Positions 5,924-14,589 are shown, counted from the stretch's first letter. The stretch is 26,614 bases of DNA from a virus (IMGVR_UViG_2703719347_000005:1-26614); one strand, 5' to 3'. Notes: a model not told the origin generated them from the letters alone. Translations and numbers: made by a program.

Positions 5924-7918
5924 TATTCTTCGCTACGCGGGGCGAACATTCTGTTTGATGCTCTGAATGAATATTCAGCAAATGATCCTAAATTCGGTGC
6001 GTGGGACTGGTATCGCGGAGCAGTGATCACCTTCAGCACTACTGATGCCAATATTTCGTTACCGACTCCAGTGGCACAGTATTCCGGCGTATGGTCTGCA
6101 GATAAATATTATGACCTTGCCCGCCTGCCTGTAAGGGTTGGTGATAAGTTAACCTTTTCCGTGCTGGCGTGGTTCCAGGATGCCGGTGCTATGTTCCATA
6201 TTTTCTGGATGTCCACCGCTGGCGCTGTTATTTCGTCTAAATCACAGCTTGCTCTGGCCGCAGGTATAAATACGCCGGTTATCACAGATGTCATTCCATC
6301 CGGCGCATCCTACGTCAGGATCCGGGTTGAAAATACTACGGCAGGGATATTTAAGGTCGGTGCTTATGCTGCTGCGTTGGGGGCTATTCAGCCTGATTTT
6401 GTTCGCGCCACGCCGGATAAAACTTATCTGTCAGCCGTCATATCATCCGGTATTTCGGGGTTAACATCACGCGTCGATGCGCTCCAGGGAGCTATCTCTG
6501 TTGGTTATGCTTATGCAGCTGCCTGGCAAGTCGGGAAATTTATCAACCCAACTACAGGGGCCATCACTGATAACTCTGCGCTGAACTGCGCAATCATTCC
6601 GCATTCCGACGGGGATGGCTGGCTGGTGACAGCCCTTGTGACAGGATCGGCGACTGCTCTGGCCGTGTACATGAACAGCGCCGGGATGGTATTGGGTGTT
6701 GAAGGGCGGGGAACGGCAACCCCGCAGCAGTATACTAATTATCGTCTTAACGTTCCTGCCGGGACAACACAGATCGGTATAACGGGTCGTAATTCTGCGG
6801 AAATTGCTGTTAAAAAACTTGCTGTCGTTGAGACGGCCAAAGTACTGGCATCGATCGATTCTCTGGATGTCAGGGTACAAACAATAGAGGACTCTCTTGT
6901 TTATGATTTTATTAAACACGACGTCACGATTACCTCAGGAGCATATATAAACCGTGCTGATGGCAGTGTGGTGGCAAATGCTGCATTTGACTGTGCAATT
7001 TTTAATTACACAGCAGGAGACCGCTGGAAAGTCACAGCGAGGGTTAACGGCAGTGGAGTTTCGCTCGCGGTGTATATGAACAGTGCCGGGACGGTTATCG
7101 GCACCGAAGGGAACGGTACTACAGAATCGGTGGACTACACCGATTACGAGCTAACACCTCCTTCCGGCACCGCCAAAATCGGGATCACCACCCGTATAGC
7201 CGTCCCCATTATTGCCAAAAAATATGTAGTCGTTCCCGGTGGTAGCACGGTCAGTCCGTGGTCTGGAAAAGTCATCGATGTGATGGGTGACAGCAACGTT
7301 GCTTATAACAAATGGCAACCTCTTGTCGCGGCAGAACTGGGCTGCACTTTTCTGAATCACGGGGTCGGTGGTTCGAAAATAGCCAAACCGGATAGCTCCT
7401 CAACGCAAATCAGCATGTGCGACGATGTGCGAATCAATGCTCTGGATACATCGGCGGCGGCGTGGATTTGCGGTCCGTGGGCAACAAACGACTGGGCGCA
7501 AAATATTCCGATTGGAAGTATCACCGACTCAGTGAATACAACCGTTTACGGCGCGCTGAACATCATCGCTCAGAAACTGCGGGCGCGGGCCCCAACAAAA
7601 CCTATCCTGTGGGCCACGCCGTTCAATGGGGACTATGATTCTCCACGTTCAGCGGCATGGGTTGACGGTGAAACAAATGGCTATGGGCGGGTTTCTGACT
7701 ATGCAGCGGCCATACGCGCCGTGGCGTTGCGATATGGATTCCCCCTAATAGACCTTAACGCTGACTGTGGCTGGACAAAATTCAATAGCACTAGTTTTTT
7801 ATTAACCGAGGGGGATACAAATCCGTCCCGCATCCACCTCAATGCGGACGCGGGGCCTGTGCGTATTTCCTCACTGATAACCGATCGGCTTACTGCCCTA
7901 CAGAAACTGGTGGGCTAG
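5579..7918 (+). CDS. Alternative tail fibre A (779 aa): shared N-terminal anchor, three repeated ~100-aa modules, C-terminal GDSL/SGNH-like esterase domain
   Basis: N-terminus MAELNPPLGTTTPEIF... shared with fibre B for ~115 aa. C-terminal region carries MGDSNVA, HGVGGSK, WATNDW and a late His (SRIH), reading like SGNH hydrolase blocks. Currently antiparallel to the tail operon. Confidence 0.7.
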   Translation: MAELNPPLGTTTPEIFMDNVKRADELVNGPAGTVDDRGGEPLDTWRQMMAKNDEVRQNLIPLSKQYQTLAAAQADIANIPVGSTTYYRSPDDNALAVEVINNAGTLQPTGRKMPSYSSLRGANILFDALNEYSANDPKFGAWDWYRGAVITFSTTDANISLPTPVAQYSGVWSADKYYDLARLPVRVGDKLTFSVLAWFQDAGAMFHIFWMSTAGAVISSKSQLALAAGINTPVITDVIPSGASYVRIRVENTTAGIFKVGAYAAALGAIQPDFVRATPDKTYLSAVISSGISGLTSRVDALQGAISVGYAYAAAWQVGKFINPTTGAITDNSALNCAIIPHSDGDGWLVTALVTGSATALAVYMNSAGMVLGVEGRGTATPQQYTNYRLNVPAGTTQIGITGRNSAEIAVKKLAVVETAKVLASIDSLDVRVQTIEDSLVYDFIKHDVTITSGAYINRADGSVVANAAFDCAIFNYTAGDRWKVTARVNGSGVSLAVYMNSAGTVIGTEGNGTTESVDYTDYELTPPSGTAKIGITTRIAVPIIAKKYVVVPGGSTVSPWSGKVIDVMGDSNVAYNKWQPLVAAELGCTFLNHGVGGSKIAKPDSSSTQISMCDDVRINALDTSAAAWICGPWATNDWAQNIPIGSITDSVNTTVYGALNIIAQKLRARAPTKPILWATPFNGDYDSPRSAAWVDGETNGYGRVSDYAAAIRAVALRYGFPLIDLNADCGWTKFNSTSFLLTEGDTNPSRIHLNADAGPVRISSLITDRLTALQKLVG

Positions 7919-7964
7919 TTAACAGTGCTTATCGCGTAGTAGTGTTTCTAAAATGCTGTAATAA

Positions 7965-8079
7965 GAAATATCTGGAAATGTTTTGAATTATCCAGGAGTA
8001 TATCAACGCGCAAAGACGCACACAGCAATAATGTCATTCATCGCTTTTCCCCCGGCGTGCCTCCGGGGGGATTTTTTAG
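7965..8079 (+). repeat. Direct repeat copy 2 (homolog of 4817-4934) downstream of fibre A
   Basis: See copy 1. Stem sequence differs from copy 1 with compensatory changes (CCCCTTGAG/CTCAAGGGG versus CCCCCGG/CCGGGGG) while the loop (GTGCCT) is conserved. Confidence 0.6.
8049..8079 (+). terminator. Rho-independent terminator downstream of fibre A
   Basis: CCCCCGG-cgtgcct-CCGGGGGG followed by ATTTTTTAG on the plus strand. Confidence 0.6.
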
Positions 8080-8173
8080 TCCTTTATGACGTCGTCTTGT
8101 CCCGTCCTCAGGGAAGCTATAGTGGTCTTATTTCACGTGGTAACTGAAACTGAATACAGTACGAGTCAGCTTA

Positions 8174-8890
8174 TTACGCGATTGATAAAATCCCTTCATA
8201 GCTCTGAGTGACGAGGTCAACCATATCCATTTTTTCAGCCTGAGAGAGTATTCCGCCCGCCCACACCCCTGTCATTGCAATATCCACAGCGCCTAAAAAA
8301 TCTGACGTGATATAGGAGTAGCCAGCATAAATCGACTTATTCGGAACAGGGATTGCGCGGGCGGTAACAGCGACCTGTTCAGTCGATAACAGCTCACTGT
8401 TCGTCATTTTATGAAGCTGAACCATAGAGTTATTCACATCGAGGAAAACCAGATGGAATTTACTGGTGTCCAGTGGAGTCGCGAGGGTGGCGGTTGCTGT
8501 CCCGCTTGACCGCCCCACAATCCCCCTGATTTGAGGAATGGCCGGTTCAAAAACAAACGTATCCCCCTGCGGTTGTACAGCAGAGCCGAGATAGTTACCC
8601 ATGCCCAGCGCTCTGGTAGTGCTTTTAGGCCGGAGTAACACCATCATGGTTTTAACCGGGTTATCCGTGACTTTCAGATCATAACCCCCCGCACCAACAC
8701 CACCCGTAAACCAGTACGTGTTGATGACAGGTGCCCCCACTATGGTTGGCTCTTCCCCAAAAATAGCCCCAAAGTTCTGGCTGCCAAATGTGGCAATGCT
8801 CGCGATAGACGGCTGCGGATAACTCGAACCAATAATACAGTCATCATCCCAGACGGCATCAACATTAATAGATAATCCCTGATTAGACAT
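8174..8890 (-). CDS. Hypothetical protein (238 aa) co-transcribed downstream of fibre B; possible fibre accessory or assembly protein
   Basis: Start ATG 8888-8890 (MSNQGLSINVD...), 7 nt after the fibre B stop, with GAGG SD overlapping that stop. The ORF-track 5' extension to 8989 overlaps fibre B and is rejected. No family recognised. Confidence 0.5.
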   Translation of the reverse strand: MSNQGLSINVDAVWDDDCIIGSSYPQPSIASIATFGSQNFGAIFGEEPTIVGAPVINTYWFTGGVGAGGYDLKVTDNPVKTMMVLLRPKSTTRALGMGNYLGSAVQPQGDTFVFEPAIPQIRGIVGRSSGTATATLATPLDTSKFHLVFLDVNNSMVQLHKMTNSELLSTEQVAVTARAIPVPNKSIYAGYSYITSDFLGAVDIAMTGVWAGGILSQAEKMDMVDLVTQSYEGILSIA

Positions 8891-8897
8891 AAGTACC

Positions 8898-11057
8898 TCA
8901 CAACGTGATTTCAAACATGACGCAATAGTTATCCATACGGATAACCTCGCTATTAAGGGTAAAACTGATAATGTCGCCCTGGCTGTCACGCAGACAACCG
9001 CGCGGCCCGGTCAGGCGACCCGGTGACTGGCCGGTGGTGCCGCCGTGAAAGGCATACTGAAGAATGGCCCCGGCAGGGATATCCGCTGCCGTTGAGACAG
9101 TCACCGCGTCATAACGGATATTGAGGCTGGTCAGCGGGATAATCGCACGTGTGTCAGGGTGCAGTAGCCGGAAACCATAATTACCCGGATCAGAAACAAT
9201 GCTGGTATCAAAGCTCAGCCGACCCACCGGATTCAGCCACACCGTAGCGGCGCGGCCCTGGCGTTGATGACTAACTGGCATCAGTGGTTTTGCCGCTTTG
9301 CCGTCAACCAGCGCCCGCTTTTCCATCACGGAAATATAAAGCCCCTGAATATAGGAACTTCTGGCGGTGAGGTGTGCGCCATCCGTGTAATCGTGAATGT
9401 ACATCGGGTTCGTGAGATAGACATTTTCGCGTGTCTGCGCCAGCTCCAGCAGCGCCATCGGAATGGTGGGATAGGCTGTGTTCGGCGTCCGGTTTATCCA
9501 GCTGCTGAACTGATAAACAAAAATCGGCACATGGACTTCTTCGCCGCACACAGCTGAGGCGTGGGCATCGATCCGCTGTTGCATGGTGTCGAAAATAGCC
9601 TGATAGTCTGCTTTGGTGGTGCCTTTCGTCTGGTCTGCTTCGCCCTGCATCCAGTACATCGCCACAGGCCGGTAGGTTTTCCCGAGCTCCTGAGCGCGGG
9701 CGTAACCATAACTGATATCATCGAAAACTCGCTGAATGTACTTTCCGGGATACGCCGCCAGCACATCAATGGGTTGACCGCCCTCCGCCGGAACAGAACC
9801 CAGAATGATCAGATCATCCGGGTTAAAGCCATAGTTCTCGGCAATCATCAGTTCGTACCAGCCGCGAATGCTGGCCCCCATTGGGGTTTCCCATGCCTGG
9901 CCGTTATCGGTGTTTTTATACGTCTCGACGTAGGGAACCAGCTGAGCATGGTTTTCTGCCGAAGTGCCGGAGCCATCCTGCGCCCGTGCCCCACCGATAA
10001 AACGCAATGCGGTATACAGCGCGGCTATCGTAATCAGGGCCTGAGTATTCACGCCAGCGGCAAGCGATTGTCCGTAACCGATTTTATGGGCAATATCCGG
10101 CAGGCGTGAGTAAATGGACTGATTAAAATAGCGCAGAAATTCAGGGGAAATAATCGCTTTAACTTCCAGAGTTTCGGCTTTCAGCGATTTTACCTCTCCA
10201 TGATTCGCTTCAATTTTCCCCGCAGCAAATGCCCCGTTTTTTTTGATACCCACAGCCGGACGATTTAACGTATCACGCCACGCCATAACGAAATCGCGGA
10301 ATGTCGCAGTAGAAATGCTGGCGTTGGCTGGTAACCCTAAGATACTGGCAATCGTAAGATTGTTGATCTCAGCCTTCCCTGATTTCAGTACCCCTTTTTT
10401 ATTAATGGCAAAACAAAGCCGTTTAAGGGTGTCATAAACTGAAACAGCGTTACCGTCAGCCACTAATGATAAAGCAGAATTCCCGATATTCAGACGTGAT
10501 GACGAGATGATCGACGAAATAAATTCATCCGCTGAGAGCTTTTTTAATTCTGCTTTATTCGCCTTAATCCACCCGGCAAGCAACCGGCCCGCCTCATCCA
10601 GCCCTACCGAATAATTTTTTCGTTCATCCATAAAGGCAAGAGACATACCCGCTGGCGCATTCTGGCTGAACGTTGCTCTGATCAAATCAGTCATGATATT
10701 GACCAGCTCCTGAGATGGCATTTTCCGCCCGGTAGGTTGCAGCGTCCCGCCGTTATTCATGTACTCGTCCGCCAGCGCCCAGACGTCCTGGCTGCGAACA
10801 TAGGTCGTGGAGCCAACGGGGATATTCGCGATATCTGCCTGCGCTGCCGCCTCATTCATATACTGCTTGCTGAGTGGGATCAGGTTCTGCCTGACCTCAT
10901 CGTTTTTCGCCATCATCTGGCGCCAGGTATCGAGCGGTTCACCTGCGCGGTCGTTAATCGTTCCGGCCGGACCGTTCACCAGTTCGTCAGCGCGCTTGAC
11001 GTTATCCAGGAATATTTCAGGCGTCGTCGTTCCCAAAGGCGGGTTAAGTTCGGCCAT
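8898..11057 (-). CDS. Alternative tail fibre B (719 aa): shared N-terminal anchor, SASA-like acetylesterase domain, extra C-terminal domain
   Basis: N-terminal ~115 aa shared with fibre A. Residues ~325-585 carry YGQSLAAG, WMQGEAD and DGAHL, consistent with SASA/DUF303-type SGNH esterases. Colinear with the tail operon, so this is the presumably expressed fibre. Confidence 0.7.
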   Translation of the reverse strand: MAELNPPLGTTTPEIFLDNVKRADELVNGPAGTINDRAGEPLDTWRQMMAKNDEVRQNLIPLSKQYMNEAAAQADIANIPVGSTTYVRSQDVWALADEYMNNGGTLQPTGRKMPSQELVNIMTDLIRATFSQNAPAGMSLAFMDERKNYSVGLDEAGRLLAGWIKANKAELKKLSADEFISSIISSSRLNIGNSALSLVADGNAVSVYDTLKRLCFAINKKGVLKSGKAEINNLTIASILGLPANASISTATFRDFVMAWRDTLNRPAVGIKKNGAFAAGKIEANHGEVKSLKAETLEVKAIISPEFLRYFNQSIYSRLPDIAHKIGYGQSLAAGVNTQALITIAALYTALRFIGGARAQDGSGTSAENHAQLVPYVETYKNTDNGQAWETPMGASIRGWYELMIAENYGFNPDDLIILGSVPAEGGQPIDVLAAYPGKYIQRVFDDISYGYARAQELGKTYRPVAMYWMQGEADQTKGTTKADYQAIFDTMQQRIDAHASAVCGEEVHVPIFVYQFSSWINRTPNTAYPTIPMALLELAQTRENVYLTNPMYIHDYTDGAHLTARSSYIQGLYISVMEKRALVDGKAAKPLMPVSHQRQGRAATVWLNPVGRLSFDTSIVSDPGNYGFRLLHPDTRAIIPLTSLNIRYDAVTVSTAADIPAGAILQYAFHGGTTGQSPGRLTGPRGCLRDSQGDIISFTLNSEVIRMDNYCVMFEITL

Positions 11058-11105
11058 GTTTTTTGCTCCAAAAAGAGGCTTCGCCCAAACGAGGGTTTGA
11101 GCGAA
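10713..11105. repeat. Right arm of ~390-bp inverted repeat (fibre B 5' end + RBS + site R)
   Basis: Reverse complement matches 5531-5923; outermost 48 bp are identical. Confidence 0.85.
11080..11105. other. gix/hix-like 26-bp recombination site R (inverted relative to site L)
   Basis: TTCGCCCAAACG-AG-GGTTTGAGCGAA on the plus strand, the exact reverse complement of site L. Confidence 0.65.
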
Positions 11106-11133
11106 AGAAAAGTTGAAAGGGATTTTTTTGGTA

Positions 11134-14100
11134 TTAAGCAGCGTCGCCGGGGTATGTGGCGTCGTCGTACTGGTAGAACGATTCGAGGTATTCTTTTGCG
11201 GTGACCTGGCAGGTTCCGTCAGACTGCGGGGCGATCTCCTCTACAATGGCGTCGTAGACGTGGCGCGTTGAGCCGCAGAACACCAGGCGGATCGGCTCGA
11301 TGGTTGCCGACGACAGGTCAACCCGCATGGGATCATCAAACTCGCTCAGGTGCGGGACTGACAGCTGAAAATCACCCACCCGGCTCGCCACCATCAGCCC
11401 GGATGCAGAGCCATCCTGATAGCGGATTAGCGCGCGGGGATTTTCGAAAGACCAGTCCAGCGGCTCCGTAACGGTGAACGTTGTCACGCCACCAGCCGTT
11501 GTCATCGCCTCCACCAGACAGGAAATTGTGTTGTTACCCGGAATATCATCCGTGAGCACAATGCGATCGCCCGTGTTGTAGCACAGCGCGTCCAGCTCGG
11601 TAGTGGTCTGGAACGTCACCCGCTGCTGCAGGTATTTCATCAGGCGACGCATGCCGATCTGGTAGGCGTGATCCTGATTCAGTACCCCATCGAGTTTGTA
11701 GTTCTCGATTTTCACCGGCGTGGGATTATCAGGCGTCCGGCATTTAACGGTCTCCTCCGCCCAGGTAGTCCCGTTGATGTATGTCACGTCGACGCCATCA
11801 AAATCATCGTCGGACGGTACGGTAAATCCGCTCTGCAGCTCCTCCACCATCTCATGCGGAGTGATCACGCCAGTCCAGGGCTTAATCCCCTCACGGTTGA
11901 CCGTCGCCAGGCCATCACTCAGCAGAAAACGTGACTTCCCGGCATTGGCTATCTTCTGCAGCATTTCCAGCGCTGAGATACTGTCGCCCGTGGCGAAATC
12001 AAAATTTTCGCCCCGTGGCGTCCAGTACGCGGATTCCAGCGCGTTGATGGTGTCGACGTCCATCTCCAGCCCCAGCGAGTTCCCGACATGCAGCAGCGCC
12101 CCCGAAATGGTTCTGGCGGTTCCTGAGTCGTAGGCCCGCGTGGCCACAACGTTTACGCGGCGGTCCGACTGCGCCGCCAGCTTCCCACCCGTCTCAACGG
12201 TCACCGCCATCAGCGACACGCCGGGATAGGATGAAGGGCGCGTCAGCAGTCGCCCGCGCAGTGCCTGCCAGTACATCGAATCCCTGGCGTTGTTTGAGCC
12301 CTGCTCATTGCGCCGACGGCAGCGAACCTCTACCAGTCCCGGAGAACTGAGGGTGATCCGCTCAGTGAAACCTAACCCGTTGACGTTTTTCAGCGCATAC
12401 TCGCCCTGGTGACTCACCCACCCCGATCCGGAACCGTAGACGCGATACTGTATCTCCCACTCAACGTGGCGGATCCGTTTTTTGCCCTTACTGTCAAAGC
12501 CGCAAATACCGTTCGGGAAAGAGAAATTCACCTCGAACATATCGACGGTCTCATTTTCAGGGCAAACCAGGAACGGCCCCAGCCAGCTCAGCGTGTCGTT
12601 AAGACCAGTGGCCTCATAGTCGATCATCGTCCGGGCGGTGAATCCCGGCCATGACTCATCAACGGCACCGTTAACCAGGCGCGCCACCGTCGCCGTTGTG
12701 CCGTCGGTCGAGACAATGCGGTACTCATTCCCGCGGTGAGCAAGTGAAAGCCGTTGCACCCCCTCCGGCATGCCGGAAAAGGCCGTTCCCGTGGCGCTGT
12801 TATAGGCAAGCGTCACATTCGCCGTTACCGCCGGGCTGCCGCCGGTTGATGCCGTGCCGGAGGTGTAAACCGGGGCATCACCGAAAACAGCTGCAGGCAG
12901 CGAAGAGGACGTGATCTCCCCACCCGCGAACGGACTGGCCGACTCGGTTATCAGTACGGTGCCGCCGTTGTCCTGCGCAACCAGGCCGGCGCCAGTGAGT
13001 CCCTCGGTGATGGCCGCCAGCAGTCCCGACATCGAGACGTAGTTAGCCACCAGCGACACCGGGTAGGTAACTCCCTGCCAGGTGATCGTGAACGTGCTGG
13101 AGCTGGTCGAAAAATCGTAGGTGGTCGGGGCCGCACTGGCCTGGACTTTTGCCACACTCCCCCCGGTGCCGGGCACTGCAGCCTGACCGGGGGTATATGA
13201 CGCGATAAACAGATCGTAATCGACAGAGTTAAACCCCAGCGTCACCGGCATTCCAACCACCGGCGCGATCTCCGTCAGCAGCGGGCTTGCGATAACGCTG
13301 TATCCGGCCGCCGTGGTGATCTGGTAGTTCGCCTGGGCTTTCAGTTCGACCACGGCGCCAGCGACCCAGCTGGGCGGCAGTGAGTTATCGTTCTCGTCAT
13401 TATCGTCATCATCATCCGTATCCAGCCCGGTAAACGTTACGCTCGAACCGGATACGGTCATGCTGTCTGCGATAATATCGTCGGCATCCGGCGACGTCTG
13501 GGCCATATCCAGCCCGGTACCGGATGATGTCCCTCCGACCTCAGTACTATTGACCCAGTTTTCACTGCGCTCATCGCCGGAAACGTCCGCGCCTGGTGGA
13601 AAATAGGTGATGTTGAAACCCGGCAGCGTTGAAGCTGGCGTACTGCCTACCCTGATATCGCCAGTGGTATAAATCAGTTCACCGACACCGAGACACAGCA
13701 GCATCTGGACGCGCATTTTCGTAGGATCGGCGGCATCGAACCGGGTAACGGGCTGGACCACATAATCCGGGTAGATACGCACCCGGCCAAACACCTCACG
13801 AATGGCATCACCGAGTTTTGCGGTGTTGGCCCGCGCCGGGTTCAGGTCGAGACTCCGCCCTGTGGATGAGGTATAGCCGCCCGTATCGATGCGGCTCATC
13901 AAAACAAGCGAATAGGCTGCAGCGGCAACGGAGATACCGACGCCGATCCACGCGATTGTGGCGGCCTCCAGCCCGAAGGGGACCGGATAAAGCCGTACAT
14001 CACTATCAGGGCGGATCACACAGGTAGCCCACTCGCCTGGCGGAATTGACTGACCCTCAACCTCAACGGTCAGCGGTGGGACATCCCGATCGGTATAGTT

Positions 14101-14202
14101 TTCAACATTTTCCACCAGCCAGGTGCGGATACTGGTTACACCATGCTCATGCGTTTCGAGTGGTTCACCGGGAAGCCGGGACGGGTAGAAACGAATGGTC
14201 AT
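11134..14202 (-). CDS. Tail tip / central fibre host-specificity protein (1022 aa), possibly a fused I/J-like protein
   Basis: Large protein directly downstream of the NlpC/P60 gene with a 4-nt ATGA overlap. N-terminal ~100 aa include a hydrophobic stretch (AATIAWIGVGISVAAAAYSLVLM), reminiscent of lambda gpI. Confidence 0.55.
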   Translation of the reverse strand: MTIRFYPSRLPGEPLETHEHGVTSIRTWLVENVENYTDRDVPPLTVEVEGQSIPPGEWATCVIRPDSDVRLYPVPFGLEAATIAWIGVGISVAAAAYSLVLMSRIDTGGYTSSTGRSLDLNPARANTAKLGDAIREVFGRVRIYPDYVVQPVTRFDAADPTKMRVQMLLCLGVGELIYTTGDIRVGSTPASTLPGFNITYFPPGADVSGDERSENWVNSTEVGGTSSGTGLDMAQTSPDADDIIADSMTVSGSSVTFTGLDTDDDDDNDENDNSLPPSWVAGAVVELKAQANYQITTAAGYSVIASPLLTEIAPVVGMPVTLGFNSVDYDLFIASYTPGQAAVPGTGGSVAKVQASAAPTTYDFSTSSSTFTITWQGVTYPVSLVANYVSMSGLLAAITEGLTGAGLVAQDNGGTVLITESASPFAGGEITSSSLPAAVFGDAPVYTSGTASTGGSPAVTANVTLAYNSATGTAFSGMPEGVQRLSLAHRGNEYRIVSTDGTTATVARLVNGAVDESWPGFTARTMIDYEATGLNDTLSWLGPFLVCPENETVDMFEVNFSFPNGICGFDSKGKKRIRHVEWEIQYRVYGSGSGWVSHQGEYALKNVNGLGFTERITLSSPGLVEVRCRRRNEQGSNNARDSMYWQALRGRLLTRPSSYPGVSLMAVTVETGGKLAAQSDRRVNVVATRAYDSGTARTISGALLHVGNSLGLEMDVDTINALESAYWTPRGENFDFATGDSISALEMLQKIANAGKSRFLLSDGLATVNREGIKPWTGVITPHEMVEELQSGFTVPSDDDFDGVDVTYINGTTWAEETVKCRTPDNPTPVKIENYKLDGVLNQDHAYQIGMRRLMKYLQQRVTFQTTTELDALCYNTGDRIVLTDDIPGNNTISCLVEAMTTAGGVTTFTVTEPLDWSFENPRALIRYQDGSASGLMVASRVGDFQLSVPHLSEFDDPMRVDLSSATIEPIRLVFCGSTRHVYDAIVEEIAPQSDGTCQVTAKEYLESFYQYDDATYPGDAA

Positions 14203-14579
14203 CGCCAGAACTCCACTTTGACAAATCGCCGCTTAAACCGCGGCAACGGCAGAAAGGTGACGTTCGTTCCCGGGTTGCATTCCGCCACATGCAGCAGGCC
14301 ACCGATACTGACGACAATCCCCACATGGGTGACGGTCGACCCGGAATAACAGGCCACCCCGGCCCCTTCGCAGGGTTCGCAGCGCTCAAGGGTAAGCATC
14401 ATCCGGCGCGCTTCCCGGTCGAGTCCGCCGTCGTCTTTGGTGACCCCGGCAAAATCAGGCCAGAGAGGCATGCACAAATCGCGGCGTATCTCGTTCACAA
14501 TGCCGAAGCAGTCGAGCTGCGGATATACGCGCCCGCCCTTCAGCCAGGTGACTGAACGGTATTTATCAGGAATAAACAT
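14199..14579 (-). CDS. NlpC/P60-family tail protein (lambda gpK C-terminal-domain-like)
   Basis: 126 aa with DCFGIV (Cys) and HVGIV (His) motifs typical of NlpC/P60 peptidases; sits in the K position of a lambdoid tail module. Confidence 0.55.
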   Translation of the reverse strand: MFIPDKYRSVTWLKGGRVYPQLDCFGIVNEIRRDLCMPLWPDFAGVTKDDGGLDREARRMMLTLERCEPCEGAGVACYSGSTVTHVGIVVSIGGLLHVAECNPGTNVTFLPLPRFKRRFVKVEFWR

Positions 14580-14589
14580 GATGGATTCC

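Larger units (their letters stand above)
5531..11105. other. Candidate invertible DNA segment (~5.6 kb) carrying two alternative tail-fibre genes
   Basis: Bounded by inverted 26-bp sites; homology stops exactly at the outer site edges. Invertase gene lies immediately outside the left site. Contents are convergent genes sharing only their 5' ends. Confidence 0.6.

Noticed and set aside
7375-7400. Possible third gix-like site inside the invertible segment (around GCCAAACCGG at 7383-7392)
   Set aside because: Only the AAACC core matches; the flanks lack TTC....GAA symmetry. No convincing additional crossover site was found by eye, though an exhaustive scan was not possible.
8891-8989. 5' extension of ORF 8174-8989 (MTARATLSVLPLIARL...)
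   Set aside because: It overlaps the 3' end of fibre B in another frame; the internal ATG at 8888-8890 with an SD is the plausible start.
9264-10109. Plus-strand ORFs (9264-9557, 9561-10109) inside fibre B, and similar ORFs inside umuC, the tail tip and tape measure genes
   Set aside because: All lie antisense to long, motif-supported genes and have no RBS or recognisable product.
5531-11105. Diversity-generating retroelement as the explanation for fibre variation
   Set aside because: No reverse transcriptase gene and no template/variable repeat pair at the fibre 3' ends; the repeats are at the 5' ends and inverted, which fits site-specific inversion.
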